Positions 10,029 through 21,849 of a stretch of 64,000 nucleotides of DNA are shown one piece after another. The stretch is taken from NCBI GenBank assembly GCA_963803705.1, contig CAWDNU010000004.1, positions 192,001 to 256,000 on the forward strand, written 5' to 3'. Numbering within the stretch: the stretch's first letter is position 1; each line of letters opens with the position of its first letter. This stretch comes from an uncultured Pseudobdellovibrionaceae bacterium (GTDB lineage Bacteria; Bdellovibrionota; Bdellovibrionia; Bdellovibrionales; UBA1609). The position numbers were made by a program, and so were the translations under genes. The notes beneath the pieces are model-generated. The model was given only the letters and a program-made list of their open reading frames with translations. It was not told the DNA's origin and did no database searches.

Positions 10029-10089
10029 AAAGGTGCCAGGTTCCTAAAGCTGGCCGCGCTGCGGCCAGCTTTAGGAACCTGGCACCTTT
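10029..10089. repeat. Perfect 29-bp GC-rich inverted repeat with 3-nt loop (REP-like hairpin and/or act operon terminator)
   Basis: AAAGGTGCCAGGTTCCTAAAGCTGGCCGC-GCT-GCGGCCAGCTTTAGGAACCTGGCACCTTT, 8 bp past the actF stop. Confidence 0.9.
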
Positions 10090-10097
10090 CGGTTTCA

Positions 10098-11297
10098 TTA
10101 ATAGACGACCTCGTGGTCAGCCGACTCTTGCAAAAAGACATCGTTCATTGGAACTAAAGAGTTTTGACTTAAAAAGCGAGTTGTAACTATACCAAAGGTT
10201 CCGGCAAAACCAAAAAAGATCAAAATCTCCCAAAACGAGAAGACTACACTGTGGTCATTAAAATTAGGGTAAATTAACCAATGCAGATCAAAATATTGGG
10301 TGACCAGAACAAGAACACAAATCACCGATAAAAAGTTGTAGTCCCTTTTAGTCCAACGTGGCAGTAAAGCTAAAAACGGCACGATAAATTTGAAAACTAG
10401 AAGCAAAACAGATGCTATAGCCCACTCACCTTCCATCCTATGTTTAAAAAAGATTGTCTCTTCGGGGATGTTAGCATACCAAATAAGCATAAATTGGGAA
10501 AACGCAATATAGGCCCAGAATACTGTAAACCCCAATAAAAACTTTGCCATATCGTGTATGTGGTTCTCGTTAACTAAGCCATTATAATAACCACCTCGAA
10601 CTAAAAAGATCGCAACCAAAATAGCTAGTGCGAAAAAGGCCTGAGATGTACCGCCAAACAAATATACACCAAAAATAGTACTGAACCAATGTGGTTCCAA
10701 GCTCATAATCAAATCGACACTGTAAAAAGAGTAACTTAAAGCGAAGAAAATTATGTATGCAATACACTTGGGAACTATGGTGTTTGCAATATTCTTGTCT
10801 CCGTTTTTATCTTGCAAAAGAGAAGATCCAACAATTAATTTTTGAAATAAAATCCAAGCTCCAAAAAACACTAGTAATCGAATTACAAAAAAAGTTGGAT
10901 TCAAATAACTCTGCTTATGCAACAGCAATGGATCATGCAGAACGTATTCTGGCCGATACCACTTATAAAGGCTCGTACCTCCGAAAATAGCTAAAACCAA
11001 AGTAAGGAGGCCTCCCAAAGGTAAGTAAGCAGTGAAGCTTTCAAAAATTCGTCGCACTAAAACCGACCAACCTGCTTTTGTTAAAAACTGTATCGCTACA
11101 TAAAACAGAGCAATAACTGCTAAAGATACAAAATAAAATAATCCAGACAAGTATGCCTGCCAAGCACGAGTGGCATCTGTCATTAAACATATAATGAAAG
11201 CCAGCGCGCCAACAAAAATCATTGCAGAAAAAATAGCTTTCAATTGAAGAGAAGCTTCAAATGGTTTTGGTGATTTTAACTCCACATGTTTGTGCAT
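10098..11297 (-). CDS. actF: Alternative complex III membrane subunit ActF
   Basis: Polytopic membrane protein with MSLEPHWFSTIFG and FSQFMLIWYANIPEET; last gene of the act operon. Confidence 0.9.
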   Translation of the reverse strand: MHKHVELKSPKPFEASLQLKAIFSAMIFVGALAFIICLMTDATRAWQAYLSGLFYFVSLAVIALFYVAIQFLTKAGWSVLVRRIFESFTAYLPLGGLLTLVLAIFGGTSLYKWYRPEYVLHDPLLLHKQSYLNPTFFVIRLLVFFGAWILFQKLIVGSSLLQDKNGDKNIANTIVPKCIAYIIFFALSYSFYSVDLIMSLEPHWFSTIFGVYLFGGTSQAFFALAILVAIFLVRGGYYNGLVNENHIHDMAKFLLGFTVFWAYIAFSQFMLIWYANIPEETIFFKHRMEGEWAIASVLLLVFKFIVPFLALLPRWTKRDYNFLSVICVLVLVTQYFDLHWLIYPNFNDHSVVFSFWEILIFFGFAGTFGIVTTRFLSQNSLVPMNDVFLQESADHEVVY

Positions 11298-11939
11298 TTA
11301 TTTTTCTCCGGATTTTGATGGATTTGAATTCATTTTTTGCAGTTGGCGGATGTAGTCAACCACAGCCCACCTTTGTTTTTCGTCCGTAATTTGAGTGCCA
11401 TAGTTACCCATTAGGCCCCACCCATAGGTGATGACATAATATAAACGTCCATCTGAATACCCTGCATAAGTTGAATCCAATAAGCTGGGTGGTTTTTTTA
11501 GAAGCAGACCGCCTCTTTTAGTTACCAATGGTCCATTTCCATCGCCCTTAGCTCCGTGACAAATAGCGCAGTTAATATCATATTTTTGCTGACCTAGGTC
11601 TTCGTACTTAAAAGCAACTTCAGCTGCCAAACTTGAAGCCTTAAGGGGGTTCTGCATTTTCTCAGCATCCTCAAGTTTCAAATCTTCAGGAACATAGCGG
11701 TTTCTTGGAATAGCGTTGACTGGTGGCACTCTGACAGTAGCTTTACCGTCTGAGTCAGCTTCTTGAGGTTTAATTTGAGGCCCCACCATCATATCTTGAA
11801 TCAATTCCACATTTGGATTTTCAGTTCTGTAACTTGCTCCTCGACCGCAACCAACAAATAAAATGGACACAACCAATGACGTTAATTTAAAAAAGATTAG
11901 TTTTAATATACCTGAGTCTTTGCCATTAACTTGAAACAT
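11298..11939 (-). CDS. actE: Alternative complex III monoheme cytochrome c lipoprotein ActE
   Basis: Lipobox LFVGC, QDMM, single CAICH, ITYGWGLM, RWAVVDYIRQLQ. Confidence 0.9.
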   Translation of the reverse strand: MFQVNGKDSGILKLIFFKLTSLVVSILFVGCGRGASYRTENPNVELIQDMMVGPQIKPQEADSDGKATVRVPPVNAIPRNRYVPEDLKLEDAEKMQNPLKASSLAAEVAFKYEDLGQQKYDINCAICHGAKGDGNGPLVTKRGGLLLKKPPSLLDSTYAGYSDGRLYYVITYGWGLMGNYGTQITDEKQRWAVVDYIRQLQKMNSNPSKSGEK

Positions 11940-11941
11940 TC

Positions 11942-12502
11942 TTAATACTCCGAAACCTTATGAACCGCATCTGCGCCCGATTGTTTAAACATAGATTCTA
12001 TTTCGCCCGAATTAAACTTGAGATCGTTCTCGTAAATAATAAGCCCAAATTTATGACTAGTTAGATCTGGGTCAACAACGGGTGGGTCAATTCTAGGCAA
12101 GCCGCAGGCTGCAAATAGGGCCCCAACGCTTGCAAGAGCAGCGAACAAAATTGTTAATTCGAAAATTACCGGCACAAAAGCTGGTAACGACCACATAGGC
12201 TTACCGCCGACATTAATAGGCCAGTTGACAGCAGAGGTCCACCAGGTAAACCACAGACCAAACAGACAGCCCGTCAACCCTGCAAAGAAGGTCACCCAAG
12301 GTATCCATGATCGCTCTATCCCACATGCATCCTCCAATCCGTGAACAGGGTAAGGTGTAACGGCATCAAATTTTTGATAACCAGAATTTTTAACTTTCTC
12401 GGCCACTGATAAAATAGAATCTTCAGTGAGCCAAATGCCCATCACTCCACCTGTCTTAGCCATGATGACCTCCATTGTGATCACTCTTACGGCCAAAACC
12501 AA
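11942..12502 (-). CDS. actD: Alternative complex III subunit ActD (DUF3341); true start probably about 12463
   Basis: [17 protein letters not shown] and PVIFELTIL motifs. Confidence 0.9.
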   Translation of the reverse strand: MVLAVRVITMEVIMAKTGGVMGIWLTEDSILSVAEKVKNSGYQKFDAVTPYPVHGLEDACGIERSWIPWVTFFAGLTGCLFGLWFTWWTSAVNWPINVGGKPMWSLPAFVPVIFELTILFAALASVGALFAACGLPRIDPPVVDPDLTSHKFGLIIYENDLKFNSGEIESMFKQSGADAVHKVSEY

Positions 12503-13826
12503 GAACTGGCTTAATCTCTGCTATTGCTATCGCAGGAATAGCCCTAATGTAAAGCAAGAAAAGAGTGAAGAACATACCAAAGCTTCCAATTAGAACCCCG
12601 AAATCATAGAACGTCATATTAAATAAACCCCAGTTCGCGGGCAAAAAGTCTCTGTGTAAGGAGGTTACTGTAATAACATAGCGCTCAAACCACATTCCAA
12701 TATTTACAAATATAGACACGATAAACATTGTCGGAATACTTCTGCGCGCCCATTTCATCCAAAATATCTGAGGTATCAGCACGTTGCAAGAAACCATGGT
12801 CCAGTAGGCCCACCAGTAAGGACCAAAAGCTCTGTTCACGAAAGCGTACACCTCGTATTTAGAACCGGAGTACCACGCGATGAAAAACTCGGATGCGTAG
12901 GCATAACCCACTATCATTCCCGTAGTCATGATAACTTTATTTATAAGTTCCATGTGGTCCATTGTGATATATTTTTTGAACTCTGGAACTGCTATGCGTA
13001 TCAATACCATTAATGTCACAACCATGGCGAACCCAGAAAAGATGGCTCCGGCAACAAAGTACGGGGGAAAGATTGTAGTGTGCCATCCGGGAAGCTGTGA
13101 CACCGCAAAATCAAAAGATACAATACTGTGAACGGATAGTACTAGCGGAGTTGAAAGACCAGCTAATAGCAAATACACAATTTCGTAGTGACCCCAGTCA
13201 CGAGCGCGTCCCCTCCAGCCTAAAGAAAATGCACCATAAATTACACGGCGAAGACCTTTTGACCTATCCCTTAAAGTAGCTAAATCAGGCACCATTCCAA
13301 CATACCAGAAGGTGATCGAAACTATAGCGTAAGTTGAGATTGCAAAAACGTCCCAAACTAGTGGAGATCTAAAGTTAACCCACAACGGGCCTCTTTGATT
13401 TGGATACGGAAAAAGCCAGAAGGCCAACCATGGTCGCCCAGTATGTATGATTGGAAAAATACCTGCTGTGGCTACCGCAAAAACAGTCATTGCTTCAGCT
13501 GATCTAGCAATAGACGTTCTCCATTTTTGCCTAAATAAATATAAAACTGCAGAAATTAAAGTTCCTGCGTGGCCGATACCTACCCAAAAAACGAAAGTTA
13601 CGATGTCGGTTCCCCAACCAACGGGATGGTTAACACCCATGAGCCCCATGCCTGTGCCAACAATTATACCAACAACTATAATATAAAATAAAAATACTGA
13701 AGAAGATCCTAAAATCATTGTTAACCAGCCTAAACCAGGCGGCGTTTCAACTAAGGATGCTATGTCGTCCGTAACATCCTTTAAAGATTTGTGACCCTCA
13801 ATAAGTGGCTTTCTGTAATTTTCCAT
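12456..13826 (-). CDS. actC: Alternative complex III quinol-binding subunit ActC (NrfD/PsrC family)
   Basis: [34 protein letters not shown] and GMWFER motifs. Confidence 0.93.
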   Translation of the reverse strand: MENYRKPLIEGHKSLKDVTDDIASLVETPPGLGWLTMILGSSSVFLFYIIVVGIIVGTGMGLMGVNHPVGWGTDIVTFVFWVGIGHAGTLISAVLYLFRQKWRTSIARSAEAMTVFAVATAGIFPIIHTGRPWLAFWLFPYPNQRGPLWVNFRSPLVWDVFAISTYAIVSITFWYVGMVPDLATLRDRSKGLRRVIYGAFSLGWRGRARDWGHYEIVYLLLAGLSTPLVLSVHSIVSFDFAVSQLPGWHTTIFPPYFVAGAIFSGFAMVVTLMVLIRIAVPEFKKYITMDHMELINKVIMTTGMIVGYAYASEFFIAWYSGSKYEVYAFVNRAFGPYWWAYWTMVSCNVLIPQIFWMKWARRSIPTMFIVSIFVNIGMWFERYVITVTSLHRDFLPANWGLFNMTFYDFGVLIGSFGMFFTLFLLYIRAIPAIAIAEIKPVLGFGRKSDHNGGHHG

Positions 13827-16800
13827 TAGTGATGCCCACCCTCTTTTCTATGATTTTGACCTGTCGAGCCTTTCAGCTGGCTTACATTTCTGACTTTTGA
13901 CAGGTATTTGACCGCCGGCATAACTGCATACTCTTCCAAAAGACCATAGGATCGTAAGCTTCTTTGCATTTTACTAACTTCACTCCCCGAATCGTTAAGG
14001 TCACCGAACACGATAGCTTCCGCAGGACAAGTCTGCTGACATGCAGTTTTTATCTCTTGATCTTCCAGTTTCCGGTCTGCAAGCTTTGCTTCTGTTTTTT
14101 TAGCCTTCACTCGTTGAACGCAGAAAGTACATTTTTCCATGACCCCTCGGGATCTCACTGTGACCTCAGGATTCAGTACCATTTTAAGTGGGCTACTAAC
14201 TTTTGAATAATTAAACCAATTGAAACGTCTAACTTTGTATGGACAATTGTTAGCGCAGTACCTTGTACCCACGCAACGGTTATAGACCATATCATTTGTG
14301 CCTTCATCGCTGTGGACTGTGGCTAAAACAGGACAAACAGTTTCGCAAGGAGCATTATCACAATGCATACACATTACAGGTTGATAAACCACATCTGGTT
14401 GCTCAGGTGTGCCCGTATAATACCTATCAATTCTTATCCAATGCATTTCGCGTCCGTTTAAAACGTGACGTTTACCTACGACTGGAATGTTATTTTCTGC
14501 TTGGCAGGCTATCATGCATGCTCCACAGCCATTACACTTGCTAAGATCAACTGCCATTCCCCATTTGTGGCCCTTATATTTGTGCTCAGACCATAAAGAA
14601 AATATTTTATGTTTATGCTGGCCAGCCTGAGGATTTTCTTTAATATCTTTCATCGTGGCTTCCACAACAATTTGACGCCCTTCCATAGAGTGATGTCCTT
14701 GGACATTGGCCAAAGCAATATTCTTACCCGTCGACTTGAAATTAGCGTTAATCCCAGAATAAATAGCCTGGTTAAAATTTATCGATGCAAATTGATACCC
14801 ATTTACTCCGACGCCATCAGCGACTTTACCAGCGCCCTTCCGGCCGTAACCCAATGCTAATGATATGACTTTATCGTGAAGCCCCGGTTGAATATGAACA
14901 GGAACATCAAGAGTAATGCCGTTAGCACTTAAAGACACCACGTCGCCTTCAGATAGTTTTTTCTTCGCTGCTGTTGAAGGACTTAAACATAGATAATTAT
15001 CCCAACATATTTTAGTTATTGGATCAGGAAACTCTTGAAGCCAAGATACGTTTGCCAGGGTACCGTCTTTCAACCCAATTGTAGTGTAAAGTACAAGCTC
15101 GTAATCGGCAGCTTCATCTAAATTTATATTAAGAGCTTTCCCGCTGTAAGAACGACCCGATTTCGAAGCATTTGAAATTGTGCCATCAACACCTTTTTGC
15201 AAAAACCCAGTCCAGTTGGATGCACCACCAACTTTGGAAAGCGAAGAGTTTTTTACAGATTCATACCAAGTGGTTTTCGAATCCATCACTTCTAACAAAA
15301 CGTCTTCAAAAGATTTCGTATCATAAAGTGGTTGTATAGTAGGCTGTGATAAACTCAAAATGCCTGAGACAAATTCGATATCCATCCATTTTTCTAATGG
15401 GTGATGATCTGGAATTATAAAATCGGCAGCGATACCCGTTTCATCAACCCGATCACCAGTGTAGAAAACGGCCTCGACTTTCGCCAGTGCTTTTCTAAAA
15501 CCAAATGATTCAGGCAGTGTATAAAGTGGGTTGGAATTGTGAATGATTAAGGTTTTAACTTTACCCTCATTCATCGCAGCCAATAATGAATTTAAATCCT
15601 CGATTGAGCCTCTAACAGAGGTGATTGCATTGGAATATTGAACCGTTTTTCCATCATTACCTAAAACACCGTTTATAAAATTAACAACTTGGTAAACCGC
15701 TGTTTGGTTCTGAGTCATTGAAGTTTCTGCACCAGTAATGACTAACGAGCGGCCTTTAGCTTTCACAAGTTTAGCACCAATTTTTTTAAGTTTTTCTTCA
15801 CTCACCGGTAAAGCTTTTAAAGTAGCACTAAACGACCCGTAAACATCGCGCCATGCCGAAGGAAAGCTAGTACTCGTTTGATCACAGACAATTTGAGCTA
15901 ATTTCATAACTAAGGCCAATTGATCGCTTGGCTTGATGGCGTAACGCTCATCCGCATTAGTGCCAGTCAGGGACATCATGGATTCAAACTGAACGAAATA
16001 ATTCATTTTGCCATTTGGATCTCTACGTTTAGCAAAAGCTCGTTGATTAGCAACTGTAGCTACGGCTGTTCCTAAAAAATCAGAGTCAACACCCACTATA
16101 ATGTCGGCATCCTCAATATTGTAATTAGGCATGACAGAGGTTCCAAAGACCTGTTCTTGGCTAGCCATTAAAGATGATTTGTCCAAAGCATCGTACTCGA
16201 AATACCGGCCTTTTGCTTGAGATACAAAATTATTTATTACTGATCTAGAAGTCGGAGAAGGGTTGGATGACGACAAAACATAAACTCCACCCTTAGAGGA
16301 TGCAGTTTTTAAAGTTCCAATTGCTTTAGCCCAGGTGGTTGCGACTGTATCTTTGTTAGATCTTGTTGCATTGACCAAATTTCTAATGGGCGCTGTTAGC
16401 CTGTCGGGATCGTAAAGACTTAAAATCTGCGCTTGTCCCCTAGCTGATAAAGCCTCCCCTGAACCAGGATAAAACTCGTTACCTTCAATTTTTATTGGGC
16501 GACCTTCACGTGTTCTAATTACCGTTCCCGCGATATCGTAACCGTCCACAAAGGTAGAAGCATAAAAATTAGGTAGACCAGGAATAATTTCTTTCGGTCT
16601 TTTAGCATAAGGAACAATTTTTTCAACAGGTCTTCGAATACATCCGAAGGTTGAAAGCGCAAGGCTTGCTCCCATTAACTGCAGAAACTCACGTCTAGCC
16701 CAACCACCTGCAGGTGTTTTATTGTCTTCGGCTAATGGGGAATTCATAAACTCTTTTTGAGCTAATTCTTTAAAACCTTCGTCATTTCTCCACTGCTCTA

Positions 16801-16852
16801 AGCTTAACCAATATTTAGGCTGTGATGAATTTTCGTTTAAATCTTTTTGCAT
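13826..16852 (-). CDS. actB: Alternative complex III subunit ActB (molybdopterin-oxidoreductase-like plus 4Fe-4S dicluster domains)
   Basis: YWLSLEQ, Tat-like [15 protein letters not shown] with following Cys; [32 protein letters not shown] and CTFC clusters. Confidence 0.93.
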   Translation of the reverse strand: MQKDLNENSSQPKYWLSLEQWRNDEGFKELAQKEFMNSPLAEDNKTPAGGWARREFLQLMGASLALSTFGCIRRPVEKIVPYAKRPKEIIPGLPNFYASTFVDGYDIAGTVIRTREGRPIKIEGNEFYPGSGEALSARGQAQILSLYDPDRLTAPIRNLVNATRSNKDTVATTWAKAIGTLKTASSKGGVYVLSSSNPSPTSRSVINNFVSQAKGRYFEYDALDKSSLMASQEQVFGTSVMPNYNIEDADIIVGVDSDFLGTAVATVANQRAFAKRRDPNGKMNYFVQFESMMSLTGTNADERYAIKPSDQLALVMKLAQIVCDQTSTSFPSAWRDVYGSFSATLKALPVSEEKLKKIGAKLVKAKGRSLVITGAETSMTQNQTAVYQVVNFINGVLGNDGKTVQYSNAITSVRGSIEDLNSLLAAMNEGKVKTLIIHNSNPLYTLPESFGFRKALAKVEAVFYTGDRVDETGIAADFIIPDHHPLEKWMDIEFVSGILSLSQPTIQPLYDTKSFEDVLLEVMDSKTTWYESVKNSSLSKVGGASNWTGFLQKGVDGTISNASKSGRSYSGKALNINLDEAADYELVLYTTIGLKDGTLANVSWLQEFPDPITKICWDNYLCLSPSTAAKKKLSEGDVVSLSANGITLDVPVHIQPGLHDKVISLALGYGRKGAGKVADGVGVNGYQFASINFNQAIYSGINANFKSTGKNIALANVQGHHSMEGRQIVVEATMKDIKENPQAGQHKHKIFSLWSEHKYKGHKWGMAVDLSKCNGCGACMIACQAENNIPVVGKRHVLNGREMHWIRIDRYYTGTPEQPDVVYQPVMCMHCDNAPCETVCPVLATVHSDEGTNDMVYNRCVGTRYCANNCPYKVRRFNWFNYSKVSSPLKMVLNPEVTVRSRGVMEKCTFCVQRVKAKKTEAKLADRKLEDQEIKTACQQTCPAEAIVFGDLNDSGSEVSKMQRSLRSYGLLEEYAVMPAVKYLSKVRNVSQLKGSTGQNHRKEGGHH

Positions 16853-16919
16853 TTCTAACCCTCAAATTTTTGGATTGGTTGTGATTTAAAATTTAATTTC
16901 TGATTAATAGTAGTGACAC

Positions 16920-17525
16920 CTAATAATGACACGTCGAACAGTTAATAATCGATGGAGTGTAGCCTATTTCTCTCTGGTCGCCGGCCTCTGCCTCTAGGTC
17001 AATAACAAGAGAAGAGTGGGCTGCTGATTCCATCTGCTCCCTATGACAGTTAACACACCAGCCCATTGATAGATCAGAGTGCTGATACACTTTTTCCATC
17101 TGCTCTATCGGCCCATGACAAGTTTGGCATTCTTTACCAGCTTTGATATGTGGAGCGTGATTAAATTTAACGTGATCTGGTAACATATGAACTTTTACCC
17201 AAGCAATAGAATCTCCAGAGTTGTAGGCCTCTTTAAGTTCGTCTAGATACTTACTTTTCTTATTCAGATTGATATGACAATTCATACAAACGTTTAAACT
17301 AGGAATGGCTGAATGACGAGAAACTTCTGCGGACGCATGACAGTACTTACAGTCCATACCAAGTTCGCCTGCGTGAAACTTATGTGAAAAAGGAAGAGGT
17401 TGTGTTGGTTGGTAACCATTATTATAACCAATGCTAAGTTTATTATTCACAAGTAAATGAAAGAAAGTATAAATACCTATGAGTAGTGCTAGAACTACAA
17501 CAGCGCCGATGAGCTTTTTGATCAT
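16920..17525 (-). CDS. actA: Alternative complex III pentaheme cytochrome c ActA
   Basis: N-terminal TM helix; five CxxCH motifs; QPLPFSHKFHAG. Confidence 0.93.
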   Translation of the reverse strand: MIKKLIGAVVVLALLIGIYTFFHLLVNNKLSIGYNNGYQPTQPLPFSHKFHAGELGMDCKYCHASAEVSRHSAIPSLNVCMNCHINLNKKSKYLDELKEAYNSGDSIAWVKVHMLPDHVKFNHAPHIKAGKECQTCHGPIEQMEKVYQHSDLSMGWCVNCHREQMESAAHSSLVIDLEAEAGDQREIGYTPSIINCSTCHY

Positions 17526-17783
17526 ATGCAGAAATCCTACAGTTGTTAAAATATAAGTTAATTTCTTAAACTTGTTTCTTGAATTTGCCTCTTGAGCTTT
17601 AAGATATAAAGGAATTCACAAGATTATCAAATAGTTTTCAAAAAATAGGTGCATAAATTTAGCGCAATTAGCTGCATCTTTTAGGACACATTTCGTTCAA
17701 GTAGCCGAAAAATGTCACTGAAGATACGACTAGATTCATCTTGCAGCCGCATTCTTGGCTTTATAATTGCCTATTAATAAACG

Positions 17784-18503
17784 ATGAGACAAAAACGCTT
17801 TACTGTTGTGACACTTCTATTTCTTAGTACTTACTTAGGCTATCAATTGATAGACCTTATTAATTATGTAAGCTCTGATAAAGCCGTAAGCTTTGATACC
17901 CGTGTAGAAAAGCCTGAAATTCTTTTTTTGGATTCGCAAAAGAATAGAGGTGCCGTTTTAAAGAAGTATATCCAATCACCCAAAAATAGAAAAAAGTTTA
18001 AAGATGCTAAGCACTTAAAGACAGAAAAAGAAGTTACAAAACCGGTAAAGAAAAATAAATTTTTAAATGTCATCCGTGTCGCAGAGGATGAATTTCGTTA
18101 CTCCAAAAAGGACTATGAAGGCGAGATAAAAAAATACAAAAGATCAAAAAGGATTACTGTTGACTCTGGTTGGGAAAAAAAAGTGCTTGAGTCAGAAAGC
18201 TTAATCGAAAAATCTTTAAAAGACGCGGCATTGGTGAAGGGGCATGTATTGAACTTGCCTGATTCTAAATTTCGAAGCCAGCAAAATGATATGGAACGAT
18301 TCGCACTAAAAATTGAACTTCCTAGTGAAAATGTAGGCACAAAAGTTAAGCTTCAATACAGAGAGCCACCTAACTTTGGCAAGGCCAAATTACCCGAACC
18401 GATTTCGTTAGAAACGCAGGCTGATGATTCGACATTTTCAATTCAAAAAACCACTGCCACAGAATCACCTTGGGATAACTTTTCAGGTCCTAAAAATCCG
18501 TAA
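17784..18503 (+). CDS. Hypothetical Lys-rich protein with N-terminal membrane anchor
   Basis: 239-aa ORF, hydrophobic N-terminus, divergent from actA. Confidence 0.65.
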   Translation: MRQKRFTVVTLLFLSTYLGYQLIDLINYVSSDKAVSFDTRVEKPEILFLDSQKNRGAVLKKYIQSPKNRKKFKDAKHLKTEKEVTKPVKKNKFLNVIRVAEDEFRYSKKDYEGEIKKYKRSKRITVDSGWEKKVLESESLIEKSLKDAALVKGHVLNLPDSKFRSQQNDMERFALKIELPSENVGTKVKLQYREPPNFGKAKLPEPISLETQADDSTFSIQKTTATESPWDNFSGPKNP

Positions 18504-18524
18504 TTTAATTGTTAAATTTTTTAC

Positions 18525-18540
18525 CGGCACCTAATTTGCT
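18525..18540 (+). promoter_or_regulatory. Putative sigma54 (-24/-12) promoter
   Basis: cGGCACctaatTTGCT: GG-N10-GC, 22 bp before a GGAG-preceded ATG. Confidence 0.65.
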
Positions 18541-18561
18541 ATATCTACTGCAGGAGAACCC

Positions 18562-19146
18562 ATGAAAGCAGTTTTCTTTACAATCTTATTATTAAATACG
18601 CATTTAGCTTTGGCTAAGCCTTCTTCAATCAAAGACTTGGTAACAAAAATTGGCTCAGCAGCCAGAATTTCACCAAATTTAAATCAGGTTAGAATTTACC
18701 CAGGATTTGTTGAAGAGAACCCATCAGAAGACTGTTCTTTAGTGATTATTAACAAATCTGAGCCTTCTGAAGGTTACCGCAGTTTTGGTGTAGTGTTGTT
18801 TCCTACCAATTCACCTAAGATTGAACTTGATGACGGAATTTCTTATTCTTATAGCGGGTCAATGCAATACCGGGCAATTTATACAGATATGACTCTTAGT
18901 TTAAAAGACGACTCTTCTTTAGTAGAAAGCGAATTTAGTGTTTTGAAAAACGTAGAGATTACTGATAAGCAAACTAGATTTAGCATTCAAGAGTTTGATT
19001 ACGATCAATCCGAAAAAAGATACACAGTCGCAGATACAGAAATTACATTAGAAATTGAAAATGAAACGTTTAGAAAAGTAAAAGGTATCGACCTTATGAC
19101 TGGCGAAGGATACACGTGTATATTCACAGAAGCATTGATGATGTAA
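18562..19146 (+). CDS. Hypothetical secreted protein
   Basis: Signal peptide MKAVFFTILLLNTHLALA; AGGAG SD; two Cys. Confidence 0.8.
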   Translation: MKAVFFTILLLNTHLALAKPSSIKDLVTKIGSAARISPNLNQVRIYPGFVEENPSEDCSLVIINKSEPSEGYRSFGVVLFPTNSPKIELDDGISYSYSGSMQYRAIYTDMTLSLKDDSSLVESEFSVLKNVEITDKQTRFSIQEFDYDQSEKRYTVADTEITLEIENETFRKVKGIDLMTGEGYTCIFTEALMM

Positions 19147-19316
19147 AAGTAATTTCAATTTAGATCACATTTAAGGTCATCACTAATTTAACTGGGCTGA
19201 TGGCTTATTCCAATGGTATGATAGGTTCATTTTGAAGACAAAAATATCATAGACGAAGTTTAATGTTTCGTTAATAATGTCATATAATAAAAAGCTGCTT
19301 AGCCAAGATGTAAGCA

Positions 19317-19368
<52 letters not shown>

Positions 19369-19385
19369 TATAAAAGCTAAACCAT

Positions 19386-19994
19386 ATGAAGATAGAATCA
19401 AGCGAATACGCCCCATTAGAACGTTATAGAATCGAGGGTGATACTGTTATTATAGAAATGGGACTTGAAGAACCTTTTGATGTATATGATGACAAAGATC
19501 CATCGCCCCTTAGAATTCGAGACCTTAAGAAAGAAGTCGAAACTTACATTATCGACTCAATCAGGGAAATCCCCCATGCAAAGAAAATTAGAGTTGTCTT
19601 TTATTTCGATAAGTTTTCTGATTCAGAAGAGGAAATTGAACATTTAGGTCGGTCTTATTTTGATTTTTTTGCCTTCGAGACCAAAGTTAAAACGCATCAA
19701 ATAAAATTAAAAGTAAAAAGGGGGTTAAAATCCTTGTTAGTTGGCTTAAGCTTTTTATTTTTTTGTATTTTTATGGCAAAGATTTTAAAAGATCAGACGG
19801 AATCTTTGTTTTCTAGTTTTTTTGTAGAAGGCCTTACCGTCTTGGGGTGGGTTTCTTTGTGGACGCCAATCCAGGTTTTCTTGTACGAAATTTGGCCTCT
19901 GTTAGAAACCATAAAAACCTTCAAGAGGGCATTGGTAGCCGATGTCGACTTTAAAAGCGTTAAACAACTTCCCGAACCTAGACAGTATATTTAA
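19386..19994 (+). CDS. Hypothetical membrane protein (two C-terminal TM segments)
   Basis: 202-aa ORF, DPSPLRIRDL motif and GWVSLWTPIQVFLYEIWP. Confidence 0.8.
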   Translation: MKIESSEYAPLERYRIEGDTVIIEMGLEEPFDVYDDKDPSPLRIRDLKKEVETYIIDSIREIPHAKKIRVVFYFDKFSDSEEEIEHLGRSYFDFFAFETKVKTHQIKLKVKRGLKSLLVGLSFLFFCIFMAKILKDQTESLFSSFFVEGLTVLGWVSLWTPIQVFLYEIWPLLETIKTFKRALVADVDFKSVKQLPEPRQYI

Positions 19995-20115
19995 TGCTTT
20001 AGATTTTACAGTGGCTTAATCTAAAACTACCGCCCTTTGCTGGCGGTTTTACCTGTCCAGTTCACACAATACCTGTTCACTCAATGATCGATCATGGTAA
20101 GTTCGCTGTAAAGCT

Positions 20116-21849
20116 TCACTTTTGGCCATTCTTCTCGCTGGCAGTTTTCCTGGTCTTTAGAAGCCAAGCCATACCGATAAATAAAAAATGAAGCAAAACA
20201 AAAGCGAAAACGTATTCGACGCCACCTGCTCCAAACCCGTAAGAGTGTAGCCCGGCACCTAAAACATAATTGACACCATACCAGGCCATTATGACCAGAG
20301 AAAAAGAGGCAACAGCTGTAGCTGACATTCCGAACTGTTTTACCCATCCTACTAGTCTTGCATGCAAGACGGCTATGTAACCAAGCAGAGCAATCAAAGC
20401 CCAAGTTTCTTTAGGGTCCCAACCCCAGAAACGTCCCCATGAATAGTCTGCCCAAATTCCGCCTAAGACGATGCCGATACCCAAAAGTAAAATTCCAATC
20501 TGAATGGCTCTGTAAATTGAGTCATTGATAGACTTTATTTGCTTGGCCCATTTTTTAGGTCCCAAACAAAAATAAACCAAATTAATATCACCCAGCACGA
20601 ATGCTAAAAAAAAGGCTGCATAGCTGATTACTATAGTCGTCACATGAGTTGAGAGCCAAAAATTACTTCTTAAAACTGGTTCTAAAGGTTGAATCGTTGG
20701 ATCTAAAACTGCGGGTGCCATGTCCGCCAAAATTAAACACAAAAAGGCGCCAAGGTTTGCACCCAATAAAGTGTACTTATTTCGTTTGAAATATTCTATT
20801 GCCATCCCGAATATAACCGCTCCCATAGGAACCCAGACAACTGTTTCGTACATGTTTGTCACTGGGGCCCGACCGGAAATATAGGTTCTTAAAGCAAACC
20901 CTAAAATATGTAAGCCCAGACCCAAGAAAGTAAAAGTCCAACTTACGGTGATAAAATAACTTTTCGAAAAAACCCAAAACAAAATCATTGTCAAAAAAGC
21001 TAGAAAATAAAAAATTGCAGACCAAAGAAATGGCTTATACTTAAGATAGACGAGCTCTGTATTAATAACTTTTAGGTTAGGATAAGCAGAAAGGTTTTGT
21101 TTTTTTGCCACAGCAATAAATTCAGAGACCTTGGATTCCAAAGCCCTAGTGTCGTCAGAAACATCTTTGGACCCAGGTTGCATTTTTTTAGAAATAACTT
21201 GAATTAAAGATGTCAACACTCCTGTAAAAGCCTCTTTGGATGCTCCTTCAATTTGATTTACCGAAAGCCATTGTTCGCCTTTTTCAGCCGGCACAAACTT
21301 TAAGCCATCCCCTGATTGCAGAAGCCTTATGTAGCCAAGTTGCGATTCTAGCTTCTGAACCGCTTGGTCAAAAGGATTTAATTTTTCTTTTCTTTCTGAC
21401 TTTGTTGCCATAGCTTGCATTAAGCTTGGCAGAGATTCAGCCTTCAAGATTTCTCGTACTGAAAAATATTTTTCATCCTTTGGAAATCCCAACGCTTTTT
21501 TCAAAGCCAAAAAGTCAACCCTGACTATTTTTGTTGTCTCCCACTGCTCTGGGGCTAACATAAAGGTCATAACCACTTCCGAGGTCTCTCTTTTTACCTT
21601 AGGGGGCTTAGTTTGGCCTGGCTTATACTCTTCTTTTAATTTCAAAGTTTTTCGACCATGCACAAGTTGCAAGGTCTCTTGAGCAAAACTTAAAAAAGGT
21701 TTTACACGACCTCGATCTTGAATTGGAATTCGGTCTAGGGGCGACGCCTTGGCGTATTGAATAAAAGGCATTAAGAAGAAAAAAACCAAAATGTAAATTG
21801 AGCTTATTTTTAAAGCTTTTAAATTACTCATAAGTATCTTTATTGGCAT
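20116..21849 (-). CDS. ccsA: Cytochrome c biogenesis protein CcsA/ResC (system II) with N-terminal soluble domain
   Basis: WWD domain GGIWADYSWGRFWGWDPKETW; WLSTHV; GLHSY. Confidence 0.93.
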   Translation of the reverse strand: MPIKILMSNLKALKISSIYILVFFFLMPFIQYAKASPLDRIPIQDRGRVKPFLSFAQETLQLVHGRKTLKLKEEYKPGQTKPPKVKRETSEVVMTFMLAPEQWETTKIVRVDFLALKKALGFPKDEKYFSVREILKAESLPSLMQAMATKSERKEKLNPFDQAVQKLESQLGYIRLLQSGDGLKFVPAEKGEQWLSVNQIEGASKEAFTGVLTSLIQVISKKMQPGSKDVSDDTRALESKVSEFIAVAKKQNLSAYPNLKVINTELVYLKYKPFLWSAIFYFLAFLTMILFWVFSKSYFITVSWTFTFLGLGLHILGFALRTYISGRAPVTNMYETVVWVPMGAVIFGMAIEYFKRNKYTLLGANLGAFLCLILADMAPAVLDPTIQPLEPVLRSNFWLSTHVTTIVISYAAFFLAFVLGDINLVYFCLGPKKWAKQIKSINDSIYRAIQIGILLLGIGIVLGGIWADYSWGRFWGWDPKETWALIALLGYIAVLHARLVGWVKQFGMSATAVASFSLVIMAWYGVNYVLGAGLHSYGFGAGGVEYVFAFVLLHFLFIGMAWLLKTRKTASEKNGQK

